Source: Tubulanus polymorphus (Eukaryota; Animalia; Nemertea). From it: a DNA stretch of 64,000 nucleotides. The DNA is taken from positions 22,850,150-22,914,149 of the forward strand of contig NC_134026.1 of assembly GCF_964204645.1 (NCBI RefSeq), read 5' to 3'. The notes below the pieces were generated by a model that did not search any database, had not been told where the DNA came from, and saw nothing but the letters and a program-made list of their open reading frames with translations. The translations under genes were made by a program, and so were the position numbers. Each line of letters opens with the position of its first letter. Position 1 is the stretch's first letter. Positions 13,199 to 27,200 of the stretch are shown here, piece by piece.

Positions 13199-13261
13199 AT
13201 GGGCAGTTCGTTTTCCTTATTATGCAAACCTTTTTGCTGCACCCTAAGACAGTGCTTGAAG
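13199..13261 (+). CDS. Candidate alternative first coding exon MGSSFSLLCKPFCCTLRQCLK (myristoylation motif plus Cys cluster)
   Basis: ATG-GGC, MGxxxS motif, 4 Cys; ends at strong donor AAG|gtaaga (phase 0); GC-richer upstream UTR-like sequence. Confidence 0.5.
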
Positions 13262-13464
13262 GTAAGACATCTGCTCGTGATGGCAAATAATAAGGCAATT
13301 CAAGGCTTTCTATGCAGTCTAGTGCCAGTCTGAAGTATAGTACCTGAAGGCCTATAAAACCTGGAGTGGCGTAAAGGACAAGCCCAGAATTTTATTCAAT
13401 TTCTGTAAATCCACTTTTCAAAAGCGAACCATTTTCTAATTTGAGTGTCCCCCAAGTACCGCAT

Positions 13465-13482
13465 CCCCCCCCCCCCCCCCCC
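13465..13482. repeat. C18 homopolymer
   Basis: 18 consecutive C (a G-run on the minus strand). Confidence 0.9.
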
Positions 13483-14089
13483 GTGACCAAACAAAAGGTA
13501 AATACAGCACTAGTACAATTTTGACCAATATCTTAGAGCTTCATTCATCATTTTTTACTCACTACAAACCAGCCTCTGCATAAAATGTCATATAACAAGA
13601 CGTACTGACGCAATGCTTTGATGTAAGAGGTTATTACTGGTAGTAATTCTGCCATATAGCTTATCTACTCATTTAATTTACTATTATTGCATTAGAGTAC
13701 TTGGTTTGAGATGAATTGATCAACATATTTGATTTGGGACATAAAACGCCGACATATTCGGAATTAAACGACAGGTTTGGGAATAACGACGTTGGCAATA
13801 TTGAGATTGTGTGAAATGATACCCGCTGAATACATGTGTATGGCAATATTATTAACCATAAACTTAATAATATGACAACTACGGCTGCTGGTGTGCACCT
13901 GAACCTGCATCCTTGAGGAATGTACTCAATTGTTGATTAATATTACTGTGAAGATGATGTTCTTGTCTCATTCCTCGGTTGCCTATCACTATACGGGCAA
14001 GCATTGTGCTATACCACACAGAATTGTTATTGCAGTCTCATTAAAACACTATACAATTTTCTGGACTTCTATCGTTGAAACATATCAAA

Positions 14090-14585
14090 ACTTATGCTGC
14101 ACCCCTAGGTCTGCGTGGTGGTCAGTGTGTTAGGTTTCTTATTAACACTACAGACCTAGACCTCAATGTTTGACCTATCGTCTTTAGATTTGGATATATT
14201 TTGTATGACCAAAAAATCTGGGACGAGTTCAATATTTGTAGTGGGGGGACCCAAGATGGTCGATTGGTAGCAAACTTGGTTTCTGAAATTGCATATTTTG
14301 GCTATTAACTGATATACTATTCCATGTAGGGCTTTTATTTTTCATATGAGAATGTGAAATAGAAAGCTTTATCATATGACCATACTTGAAAATCATGTCA
14401 TCCAATATGCTTGACTGGCAGCCATCTTTAATTCTGAAATTATACAATTTGGTCATCATCTCAAGTTTTCCAGATAAAGCTTTGATATTTCAAATGAATA
14501 TGTCAACTTGCATGACCTATGAAATGAACAAGCTAGGTCATGATATCCAAGATGGTCAACTGTGACTTACTAAGCCTGCTTGGTC
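14090..14585 (+). mobile_element. Degenerate HINE-like element related to 52561-52770
   Basis: Shared blocks CTTATGCTG..CCCCT.GGTCT, TTTCTT.TTAACACT..CAGACC, TGACCAAAAA.TCT...GTTC.ATATTTG; CAAGATGG motifs. Confidence 0.45.
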
Positions 14586-15719
14586 AGGTGTTGAGTGAAG
14601 TCACAGTAGAATCGCATCTTGTATTTACGAGTTTCATATAATGAAATAGAAATTTATTCATTGAAACATCATTATGATTTATCATGAATACTGAATGAAA
14701 AATTTTATTTTCCTGTAACACGTTCAGAACAGCTTTCATTTGCAATGTTTTATATTTCATATAAAATGCCACAGGTTTATCGCTATTGGTGTGTCATAAA
14801 AGCCTATTGTGGACCTGTACATGTTTGTGTGTTTGGTACCGTTGCTGCAAAAGTATACCCTATCACCATGGCAGTACATTTTGTGTCTGCAAAGTATGTC
14901 CGGTATGCTATGTATTTGATATATTTTGCTGCAAACAAATATCACTGGGAATAAAGAGTGCCATTCGGGAATGATTCATTTATGGGAAATCCTCTTTCTA
15001 ATACTGGTCCTATTATTCACCGGGCTACTTAATGGTGCATATTGGCCCAGACTGTCAGTGGTATACATACACTCATTCCGAAGGATAATCTACTACTATC
15101 TGTTAATAGGGTTACTGAGATGGGTTCTAGTAATACATAGCATCTCCTAAATACTAAAAGCAAACAAAAATATTTACTTGGTTGTTGGCAATACTGTTAT
15201 ACCTCCAATTATCTATCATTAGTTATATTTTAGGTTTCTAATAAGGGATGAACTCACTTCGGTAATTGCTATTTTGATATAAATATTTCCAGATCGTGTT
15301 CAGATCTGGTGAGCTTAAGTTACGACTTATTTTCCGTGCAATCCACTCCAACACATTGTTGACTGCGGTACTGAGTTGCAGCAGCGATGTATGAAATCCA
15401 GGAACTATCAATGTATAAGCGTGCTAAGTCGGTTTGACCAAATGAAATCTCGTGCTGTTGCAAATATAGCATAAGTGAAATCGATTAGGAATCAACAGTG
15501 TGTGTCGATCCAATCTTTCTCTTATATCAGTGTTTTACCATATTCATTTCATCATGAAAGTGATTTTTACACAACATTCATGGCTGTAATTCCTTTCCAC
15601 AAAGATCAAATTGGAAGCGATCATTATTGTTTTGGTAGAATCTTCGGGAAGGGAAATATGGTGTGTTGTCAGAATAAACATTTATGGATCAGTAATGATT
15701 GAATATTAATGTACTTTGT

Positions 15720-15815
15720 CCAGTTCCACAGTTCTGAGTTAAGATTAAACTCTGAGTCAACTCATCGAAAATGAACTAACTTTAATTCACAACTCACAAC
15801 TGTGGAACTGGGTCC
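15720..15815. mobile_element. Short MITE-like foldback element
   Basis: 14-bp perfect TIR CCAGTTCCACAGTT...AACTGTGGAACTGG with further imperfect internal pairing. Confidence 0.6.
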
Positions 15816-18738
15816 TAGTGAAGAAGCGTAAAATAGATGAGCTTGTTCTGATACGTATGTGAATATTTCTTGAATATTTCTTGAATCAACCTTGAAAAAT
15901 CTTCTATTTACTGTCTTAAGCTATTCAGAGTGCAATTTTCAGAGTGTAATTTTCAGAGTGGAACATGTCGAAGCATGTTAGATTTTGATTTGCTTTCCTC
16001 GGCTTACTGCATTCCAATCTTTGCTTCAAGACATTAACGCTGATACCCAAATAGCTATACATCTAAGAGAACTCCAATGTTTCTAACTCTATTTCATGAT
16101 TTTGTAACATAAAGGCTAGAACACTTGTTTTTTTTCGGTGCTGAAATATTAGGCATATTTTGAATGAAGTGTTTCGTACAATTTTTTCATTCATGTTTCT
16201 CAAATCTCTAGTGTAGAAACTGCCTAACACTTCAGTGCACTGAATTTGATATCACGATAAACTGGTCCATCTGTCTCTTCGAGAATGGCTTGGCATAACC
16301 GGCCCTAACGTCTTTAGCATTGCTCAATACTCATTACAGAATTCAAAATTCATTACCATCTTTACCGTCTTTAACGAGCATCTTGAGATCGCATTCCAGC
16401 TCACTGTTCTGTCCGAGTAACATTACTTATTAACACTTGTCTCATGGTTTATTGAACTATCTATGTGAGCTGGTGACTATCTCAATTCCCTTCCTCGGTT
16501 GATAATAATTAATCATATAGATTTCCCCTGAAAAAGTTATTTCGAAAACGGTTGGCGACTCATATTGTGTAAAGAGTTTGTTGATATTTTTATAGTACGT
16601 CGCGTAATACGAAATTGAAGGTTTAAAAGAAGTGAAGAAACAATATTTGATTCAAAAATTCAAAATTTCAAAAAATGTATTCATATTTTACTGTGGAACA
16701 CCATAAGGATATCATGAGCATACAAACTGTAGTGTAGGTTAAGAAACAAAATGATTTGACAAAGAAAACAAAATTGGTACCGAGAAATGTGCTTCCCCAA
16801 TGAAGATTATCAGGGTCCGAGGGTGAATTCTTGTAAAATATCGAATTTGAAACAACAGAATGGAAACATTTATAACCTTTTTTGGGGGACAAGGCATTGG
16901 CAGTTCCACATATATAATTCTGACATGAGACGAAAATCAAAGTGACTTCTTAATGAAGCTGACACTTTGTCTCAATGCAGCCACGTAATTGCCACTTCTG
17001 CCATCTAACAACAATCAATGAAATCTGCGATATATTTTCATAGGGATGGATGTTCTGTCAATTATGTACGCCCTTATGTATTTGTGCATGGTCGTATTTT
17101 CAACGCGGGCTGTCAGCTAGCTCATCTAGTTCCATTGGACAGGTTGAAATGTCATGGAAAAAAGTTGTTGAGTCAGAAAAGATGATTTCTCTGAATTGTT
17201 ATGATAATCCCTGATATTCTCGAATTATTGCACAGAATAGTTGGCGCTATAAAGTCTTTGCCTGATATTAGTTTTTAGACAAAAGTCAATGCATATGCGG
17301 AAAAATTTTTTCATTACATCACGCCAGAATGTAGCATTAAGTTGAAATGCAACTTTTTAGATGTTTATTTGAAATGTTTCATATTGTGAATTAGATGGAA
17401 ACACATGAAGCCTCAAGTCCTGATGAGGAAATGATGTGTGAATGCCTTCTCACTTCTTATCGATTAGTTATATTTTGTTTTGATTATTAGATGCATTACA
17501 TCGCGACATCAGCTACTGATATAGTGCTGCCACCCAGTATGTTGCGCAGTTACTAACTAGCTACATTTTGTTCAGATCGATTCAATTACTCGAATATAGA
17601 TCTGTTTTTATGAATACATTTGACCATTAAACAATTAAAGCTTTTTTCCTGACATAAGGGGGTAATTCCTGGGGAAACTATGCATTAAATTTGTATTCTA
17701 GATTAAGAAAGTGGAACTTGTATGTATATGATATGCTACGATGGAAACCCAATATCTTGTGCAAACATTGGAAAAATCTTTATCTATACAGTCTTATTTA
17801 GTCAGCAATCTGCTATAGGATTCAATGACCATTTCCATCGCACAATTACATATATATATTGCACTTGGATGTGATTCGAAAGTCCAAAAGACTATCCAAC
17901 TCAGTTTGAGATCAGTAAAACTTTGGTTTGGGGTAGAAATCCTCAAAGCAAGATATTTCTTCAATTCTAATTATTCATTTTTTGCATCATGGCGGTGAGG
18001 TGTCTGCCTTTTTCATCATGAAATTCGTTTTTCTTAAAACAAAATAATTATTATTACTATGTCTGGATTTTAGTGTGTTTTCAACATTCAGTTGATTCAG
18101 TTTTCACATGAGTCTATTTTACATGATGCATAGATATAAGTTGCTTTCACACTATCAGTAGTTAGACTGTTCCAAAGGTCCATACCTGCAACAGACCAAG
18201 TCAGAGTGTGTGTTCACATGCGCATTGCTAAATTGGCTACAGATAGTTCTGACTTGTCCCGCAAGATGTCGCCATGAGTATTTTACCCCAAAATTTATAT
18301 CTAAATGATAGATTTGTGAATCCCTAGCTGTTACTTTTTTGAAAATTTTACAGTTTATCATATATCTGGACAATCTATTGGTAAATTTTAGGACATTTCC
18401 AAAACATCAAAACGATATATACTCTGCAAGCAACGCACACAATAGACAGATCTTAAGATACGTATAATTCTGTTGAATTAGGCAATATAGAAATTATGAA
18501 ATTTCAAAAAAACTATTAATCAGCTTGATGATAATTTGGTGACGAATTTATTACAATTGTATGGTGAATATGCCTGAGATGAAATGAATAAATACATATG
18601 ATATAAAGGGCCCCAAAACAAACGTGTTGTAACCATGTAATGACTGATCAATTTTGGAATAGTTTCATTCACCATTGATTATGTCTATTTATTTCTTTTC
18701 ATAAAATGCAATGCTAACTAAATACGACCTTTTTTAAG

Positions 18739-18753
18739 ATGATTGCTGTACAG
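18739..18753 (+). other. Candidate 15-nt microexon ATGATTGCTGTACAG
   Basis: Upstream TGC motifs, branch-like GCTAAC (~18713), cttttttaag acceptor, strong donor CAG|gtaaga. Confidence 0.35.
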
Positions 18754-20530
18754 GTAAGAAATGTAATAGGTGATGGTACATTTCAGACATGGAATTTGAT
18801 CACTCTCAAAGATCATACATTCAATCTACGATAGTAAAGTGTTTAAGGGAAGTCACCAGACATGTAATTACTTTGCAATTCTTCTTCTAACCTTTGAGTG
18901 AATACAGACAAAATTGGCGATTACGAGTAAGTGATAAAATTATGAATCTTATGATGAAGAATCGCTGAAGAAATTACATATAATCAATGGCCGTTCTGTC
19001 ATGCCGCCAAGATTAAAGGCTTGTATGTGTAGATACGTATCTTATTGATAATTTGCACAGAAATTCCGAATCCATGGGGATAGATATTGGACCAGTGGTG
19101 GGTCATCCGGACTTCGAAGGATGTTATTGACTCGGTGAACTTGCTCAAGGCGGCAAAATTCTTATCAGCTCAAATCCTCGCGGAATATAGAGCCATTAGC
19201 AAGTACCTGAATGACTCTGTAATTAATTTTCTTAGGCATTGTATTGTAAGTAATTTGTTGTTTGATATTGTTATTGTGCTGTGAAAAATGTTCCTTGGAA
19301 TTATCTTCGTTTCATTAATTAGACTTAGGGGTTGTTAATCTTCATGCAATTTGAAGGAATTACCCTGTTGTTATTAAGAGTTAATAACTGATTAACTGAA
19401 TTAAGCAAGGGACAATAATTGCTTAAAGGCGTCTAGATTTATCATCCTACTAACCGTGCTGATCTGCAAATGTTGCAAAAGTCATATCAACGATGAAAAT
19501 CAGGACAGAATTGGTCACATTTAGCTCCAGAAGTTACAGTGATAGGTTATATAGTTTGAAAATAGTTTTGAATTAATTTTCTTCATCAAGCAGTTCAAAC
19601 ATATAGAATTACAAATCGATAAACTTAGAAGATAGGAAAATTGAAGTTCAACCAGAGTTGGTCGGTTGGTATTCGTTGGTATGATTGATGTCGAATGATA
19701 CTTGGTGAACCTTGAAACGATAAACAGAATAGAGAAAAGATATCGACGATGTCGTTAATGTTTAATTTGATTTATTGAAAAAATGCGCGTCTTCGTATAA
19801 TTTATGTCTGAATCGTTATTGGAAGGTTCCGATCAACAAAAATTACATTTTACCGTGGAAGAGGCTTGAAGCTTACCGTGCTGTTCTTAGTGGCCACCTG
19901 CTGTGCAGTAATTAGCATTAAAGTACGTCAGTTAATTATCACTTTTGATATTTTACCTATCTATACTCAACTACACAACTATCAGCTATCAGCGTTACCT
20001 ACACACAGTTATCTGATGCTCGTATGAATCTGCCCCTGATATCATTTCAATGGTTTCTAAAGGTAAATGAAAGAAGTCTCTATGACTAGATTTTCTAATT
20101 GTAATATATACATGTATATTGGATTCAAACTGGGAATTGTCTGTTGGGGAGAAAATACATTACTAGAAATTGTGATACTGGACAAATCTGAATAAGACAT
20201 GTGACCCATGAACCCTGATTATTTAGAGTACCTTCCTCCTCTTGCTAACCTTGTATTGAGTTGTGTAGTTCATTAATATGATCTAGATGTATTGACTTGA
20301 ATGGGATTGTCAGTTTGAACTTGAGGATGGAATTTGACGGCATCAATGCTGTTGCTGTATAAATACTATCGATGGAATCTTATTTATTAGAATTGTTTCT
20401 TAAGCTAATGCATTATTGACTGAACTTTGGTAACCGGGCAACCCGCAAGCTATAAAATTTAGTGAAAACCTTGTGAGTTATCTTAATGACTATTAGGAGA
20501 AAGGTGGTTTGATATTTATTTCAAAACTTG

Positions 20531-20850
20531 AGCAAGTGGTGTGGGCAAGTCGTTAGAGCCAGGTCTTGGGTTCGAACCCCTGTACATGACCGTATAGTGT
20601 CCCCGGGCAAGACACTTATCCTTATTGGCTCTCTTCACCCAGGAATAAATGGGAACCTGGTCTGATAGATGACTCCTGATCGCCTAGCAGCTGCTAGGGG
20701 ATATTACTGCTCCCCAGGGAACTGATAAATGGTTAGAGTTTATAGGCTGGGGGTGATAATACCAATTTAATGGTGGAATGCGCCATTGAACATTGTAGCA
20801 CAGTGAAAAGGGTGCTATATAAATTAAATTTCTATTACTAAATTACTATC
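20531..20850 (+). mobile_element. tRNA-derived CORE-like SINE
   Basis: Degenerate A box, B box GGTTCGAACCC, CORE-like block GTGTCCCCGGGCAAGACACTT...CTCTTCACCCAGGAATAAATGGG, L2-like 3' end GTGCTATATAAAT plus TTA-rich tail. Confidence 0.7.
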
Positions 20851-22932
20851 AAAACTAAATTTTTCAAATGCACCCATTCCATGACCAAAATTTGCAGAAC
20901 CATTTTCATAGCATGTAATCTGTTGGTGTTAGGTAATCGTCGTGTCAGTTGCGTATCAGAACTGTCATCTACTGGGGATATTCTTCATTGACAAGTAACA
21001 TTATGAGTTTTCTGGGACTGTACAGCTAATGAATCAGATATGCATACACACTGAAACTCGGTTACTTTAACAGGTCATTGTATTTCACTAGGGAAATCTT
21101 ATTTCATGTCCACGCTGATCATACTGGTTTAATGCAGAGGATCCTCGGCATCACTTCAGCCAATTCAAATGTTCGGTTTGCGTGACAAACACTTTTGTTT
21201 CGCTTACATCATCGGGTAATGTTGGAAATCTCTGCATAATCTGGCATCAAGTGAGAATTTCTGACGACCGATTATGCCTGAGCAAAGTTTTAAAAATTCT
21301 GCGTTAGTTGACTTGCATGATTTTATGAGACTTGCGTTTCGTCCTGAGTTCAATGCTCGCATTGCTTCCAAGCTCAACAAAACCATTGTGTAGGAATCAT
21401 TTCTTTGAGATGATTTTGGCTGTATCTCGATGGACCAACTGCTTGCTTTAGTTTTCATAGTTGGACCATCACCTTTGTATAAAGATATTGATTACTGAGA
21501 AGGGCCGCAGTTGCGACTGGGGAAATCATTATATACTCGCTATTTATTGACTGACCAGTACTGCATGTCTACAGATGTATTCCAAAATATCTTTATTGGT
21601 GTTCATCTTTATTGAGAGGACCGAAGAAATTTTGGAATTGAGTTTTGATATGGAGGCCTTTAATTTGTAATTCCATTGCCTGACACGACTTATTAGCATT
21701 TGCCATAAATCCAGCTTCGCAGATTTCCCATGGGAAGTTTCGTTTAGACCTTAAGTGAATTATGAACATTTACAACACCTGATGTGTAGATAGTTGATAA
21801 CATCTTTCATTCGCAAAGTTGCTCGTGTGGTTACTGTAGTAACTGATATGAAGTCTCTTTTTGTCCTTTCGATATGGGAATATGTTGTTTATAAGTGGTC
21901 AACCAGTCATATAATCCAGGTATGAGAAATCTGGATAAAGGATTATTAAAAGATGAACAAGAGTTGCGATCGTTAAGAAAAACTTATGTCATTTCCTGAT
22001 GTCTTGCATTTTGAATGAGTTTTTGGTTGTAATGTGAACTATTTAAGGAATATGCCAGGTGGTACGCAGCAGTCGGCTTCTCAATAGGGTTCGCCAGGTT
22101 AACTATATTAGCGGTAAGATGGTATCAACCAGAGAGCCCAATTATAGTGTTGCTGATTAATGGTGAATGAAGTGGTACGCGGGGTCTGCAAGGTACTTAG
22201 AAGTTATTGTCATGTAGACTGGTTATATTGATGATACCAACTGCAGTAGTACCCCTGAAGCCATCACCTGCTATCTGGATGCTTGTGTACAAACCATATC
22301 ATATCATCAACCATCTATCCGTCCTTACTCCGATGGTGTTCAGAGATAGCGGTATATTCCTACCATTGAATCACTGGCTTCCCATTCCGATGTTACATCG
22401 CTGGACTTAAATAATATACAACCAATTATTCGACACTAGACTATTACTTAAAATCATTTCCTGGCTGTGTGGTTAATGTGCGTTTTTTTGCGGGGTAGTT
22501 TTTGATTGGTTAAGGATCTATATCGAGTTGCCCGTGTGTGAGTGTTAGTGTCGTTTTACCGTCGTTTATTACATGTGACGCGCATAAAAAATGTCTCCTC
22601 GATAATCTGTACACGTGAACGACAGATCATCACAGGTCGTGTACTGTCACGACTTAAGTGTAGTGTTAGCCGAGCTAATGGCTAGTAATTCTTTTTACCA
22701 TATCGCAGGACACAATGTCTTATTATGCCATACACCGAGCAGCAGTTTCAAGCATGCATAAGTGAGTGGCCCAGCTCAATGGGCTCAGAAATTGATTTTG
22801 CACTGCTATACTTGTACATGTGAACGTATCTTATAAGAGAGATAGAGAGGAGAGTGAAGTCTGTTTACTTGATGCTCTTCCACTTCTTTTGAACTGATGC
22901 AATGATTGGTCTTGTCTGCTGTGTTTGGGCCC

Positions 22933-22975
22933 ATGGATGACGTTGAAAGTGAATATTCGTCATCCTATTCATCAG
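22933..22975 (+). CDS. Candidate alternative first coding exon MDDVESEYSSSYSS
   Basis: CCCATGG start with an in-frame upstream stop; strong phase-1 donor CAG|gtaagc. Confidence 0.55.
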
Positions 22976-24170
22976 GTAAGCACACATTTCACGTTAGTCT
23001 TATTTTCCCTTGCAGTTGTGTATCATCTTTCATCCAGTAGTGTTTGTCTTTATTTAGTATTTTTGCCGATTTACATCTGTATAACGCAGACGCGTAGTAT
23101 TTCGGATTTTCGATACGATTATGAATGAAACGATGTCTCGCCGATGTAAGACGAATTTCTATCATTTTTTCCTGTCATTTACGGTGAAATGATGATTCGG
23201 CTGAAGAAATTCGATCTGACAGTGTCGCGGACATGATTTTCACCAGTACGTAATCATATCATGGGAGATTCATGTTAGATATACAGATGTTGTGTGCTGA
23301 GTAGTGGCAGTGATGTTTAGAAGAGGATGGAATCCGGATTTTCTACGCTATCATAAGGCTATTACATATTTGACTGTCATTACTCGGCATTGTATCGAGA
23401 CGATACTCTGGTGACAGTGAGACTGATATGAAGAACCCATTTAGTGCTGAGGGTGGGGAAATTCTTCAGAAGATTATATATTTGAATGAACTTTTGATAG
23501 AATGATTTCTGCATCCGTCCGAAAATGTATCAAACAGCCATAGTTAAGGATTTTTTTTTCAGAATTCATAGTTTTGAAGTTAACTTCTGAGATTTGTGAA
23601 ACTGTAAAAGTCATTTATCTTATAAGAAAGAAATGAAGTTTTGGATAGGGGTATAATGTATCTCATCTTCAAGATCTTTCGGCATTCTTTAAAATCTGGT
23701 AATTTTGAGAATCTTGAGTTCATTTAGATTGTGTATCAGAGGATGAATCGGATCTGAACCACAAAGTACTCTTGACTTGTGATTTTTTTATGATATTCAC
23801 CTTAGATAATTACTGGGCAATAGCAGATATAGTCATTATCTTGTTATATGCTTTCACGTCTACTGTGTGTTTGGCTATTTTATTCACTTATCTGATAGCC
23901 GAGACACTAAATATCGACTGACCAACTGTATTTAATGATGACAGCTACCATATAAGCAACGTTGCTGAAAATAATTGGATCCACCGGCATTGATGTCCCT
24001 ATCGTCTTCCAAAAATGGACACGTTTACTGCAATAAGGGAACATAACCTTGTACTCTATGTCTAAACTTGTATATATAGTACGCGTTTTCTTTTGGGACC
24101 ATATTTGTGAACAGGTATTTCGGAAAGAAATATCAGTGACTTATGGCATGTCAATATTCCAACATTAATC

Positions 24171-24283
24171 ATGCAGTTCTTTTTGAGAAAAGGTGTATGT
24201 TGTTTGGAAAGGCGCTGTTTCGTTCGTTCTGACTTATTTGTCCATTATCGGCTGCTGGACTCAACAGCCCATAAACCGATGAG
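24171..24283 (+). CDS. Candidate alternative first exon MQFFLRKGVCCLERRCFVRSDLFVHYRLLDSTAHKPM(R)
   Basis: ATCATG start, open frame to strong donor GAG|gtatgt; phase 2, which does not match the phase-1 exons. Confidence 0.3.
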
Positions 24284-27200
24284 GTATGTATGTTTCATGC
24301 ATGCGGTGTGGTCGTCCTCGCATGCAATGAATATCAATTGCAGATATTATATGTAAAACATATATTCATCGTTCTGCATCTCTGCTGCTGCCAAATATTG
24401 CATATCTGAGGACAAACATGATATTGGCGTGACATGATTTCACCACTTGACCAAAGTTGCAGCCAATGGTTGCTATTTTAATTTCACACGCTCATTACTG
24501 TGTATCTGGTTCTCAAAGTTCACAGTTCCCCTCATTCTCCTTGTAAGCCCCTAAGTCTCTGGGTAACGGTCGATAGAAGAACAATGGCATTTTGATTTTG
24601 CTGTCGCTTCTGAAATCTAGAACAAAAGTCATTATAAACCGAAGCCAATTACAAACCAACTCGACATTAATTCCATTATGGCAGTGTATAGTTTATCTAG
24701 ATGATATCGATTTGTGTCATGCAGTACCAATGTTGTATCATATGTATATATTTCTTTTATTAGTCATCATTGAAACTATTATTCATTGGTTCCATAAATG
24801 CAGGAATTGACAAATTCCCTTTTGGGATCGCACTAAAAATGTTTCGTGCGACAGTCCTCTATCTATAAACGTTCAAGTTAATTCTGCAGTAGCCATAAAT
24901 TGTGCAAAGAGGACTCGCTGTCTTTGAGTTTTGTATTTATATTACAAGATTCTACTGCACAATTAGACGTCTTGGAAAAACAATTTATGGCCTTAATATT
25001 CTTAGGACTGTAACATCCTGGCTGATAACTCCCAAACATTAATGATCATTATACCTCTTTCGGAACGTGCTCTAATACCTTGCTGTAGCAAATTCTTCTA
25101 AAACCATGTGCGTTTTATCTTCAACCCACCATTTGAGCGTGCTGTCTATGTTTTTCGCTGATTTCTGTTGTGCCGTGGCAGTGTTTGGACTAGATTTTGT
25201 GCTGCAATACATTTCGTCAAAAATGCAAAGTTGATTTTGCATCTGCTTGACTACATTGGTGTGTACATGACGTTATTTCCCATATACATGTAGTAGATCT
25301 ATTTCAACTTTTAGTTTCAAGTTAACCATAGATATGAACACTCATTTTTTTATCATTACGTATGTAAAAATTGGTTATCGATAAAAATTGGAAAACGAAT
25401 CGCACAATGTCTGCTAGAATTGATGGATGTGATGAAATGTTGCCTGAAGTGTACTGTGAGTTTTTATCGGGACAGACTGTTCCTCATACTGTTACTCATC
25501 TACAAAAGCTGGGGACATACGTACCATATTTTGGGTCTAAGTTAATTTCACATGGTTACAGTTTCAGCAATGGTTTGGCATATATGTGTATATGATCAGA
25601 AAATATGATAATATAATGACCCATTGCTTGCACATCAATCAATCTCCTCCACTAGCATTTTACCTTGCTCAAATTTGATATATTCCATTTAGTGCAGGCG
25701 TTTTACCAAGGTCAACTGAATAATCATAGATGTGCTCGTCAACTTGATATTCTGACAATGAGGTTAGATAGTTCCATAAAAGTTCCGTCATGGACTAATA
25801 TTTACATTGCTCACAAGGAAGGACAGTGCTGAATTTCCTTCATATTGTTCTTTCATAAGTTGAGGGGGTTGGCCCAGATTCAGATTCAAGGCTCAAGGTA
25901 TCTAAACTACAAGGCCATCATTGATTGCTCAGTAAATCATAGAAATAGACCTTTAGCTTTCGGGTTCTTTCTCAGAGAAAATTGGGAAATAGTTCAGATA
26001 TGCTACTCAAAAGTATTGCAGCCAGATTCTGATTTATTACTGACGTTTTTCCTTCATGCCCGTCAAACTCTGAACACAAACTTGAGTCTAGAAATTAGCT
26101 TTTAAAATTGGAATAAAGTTAATTGTATTGATAAGTGGTATGCTGCTAAGCTGCCGGGGCTGTGTTGTCCGTCTTTACAAATCTAATGACATTGATAGCT
26201 TTCGGGTCAGATCAAAAGTAACATTAGTGTAAGCCAATGATCATAGATGTCATGCCGCAATCCATCTTGTGCATTCACAGCAATACAAAAATTTACTCGC
26301 TTCTGACACATCAGTACAAAGAGCGGGTCCTCATTCATCAATGAAGAGGCATCTGTGATTATTTTGGCTGTAATATATCATTGAGATTGTTCGTGACATT
26401 GCAAGATCCATTTCGCTGGCCGAACTCTGATTTTCCCAATCTGGTGGGTGAATTGTGTACGACTGATGCATGTGTTTCGATGATTCATCATGAAGTTTGA
26501 AATGTATTCGATATGAAGATATAATACTGCGTCTTATTTTAGATTATGAAAACTTATGATAAACAACGGGTTTTAACTAGAAAAAGAGCTTCAAATCATA
26601 TAGGATAAAAGATATAGGGAAATCTCTGACGTACATAAACAAGATTTTGAATGATGTTTAGTCCTGACCCAATACCTGACTAAGCTACACATTTTCTATA
26701 ATCATCTAAGAGTTATATAAGATAGTTGAGGAAGTGAACTCATCTGGAGGCCAACTGTGTGCAAAGTGAACAGCTTTTGGAGTATGATCTATGTGAAATC
26801 AATTTGGCCAAATCTGATATGTATACCACCATGCCAATGTTGGATTGGCAGTTGGCTCAATATTTTGCATCAGCCATACTGTGATGGTGCGTTCCTAATG
26901 CGAAAATAATTATTAGGTAGATCAGCGGATAGCCGATCCAATTAATAAAATCAATCATCGGTGAACGGCTTAAGCCAGCACTCGGTAAGAAGATGAAAAT
27001 ATTAGAAACTCGCCAGTCGCAACTGATACAAGTGCTCGCATCAATTCATATCATTCCCTGCCCGCTACGAGGATGAAATCAGGGTATAGAAATTACTATC
27101 CGCGGCTTCCGTTCTAGTCTTAGTAGATTTCTAACGACTACTCGCCACATATTTATAGTTATTTGTTTACGGTATTCTTCTGGACTGATTGCATATTCTT

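Noticed and set aside
20531-20600. tRNA gene (B box GGTTCGAACCC)
   Set aside because: No cloverleaf; continues into a SINE body and tail
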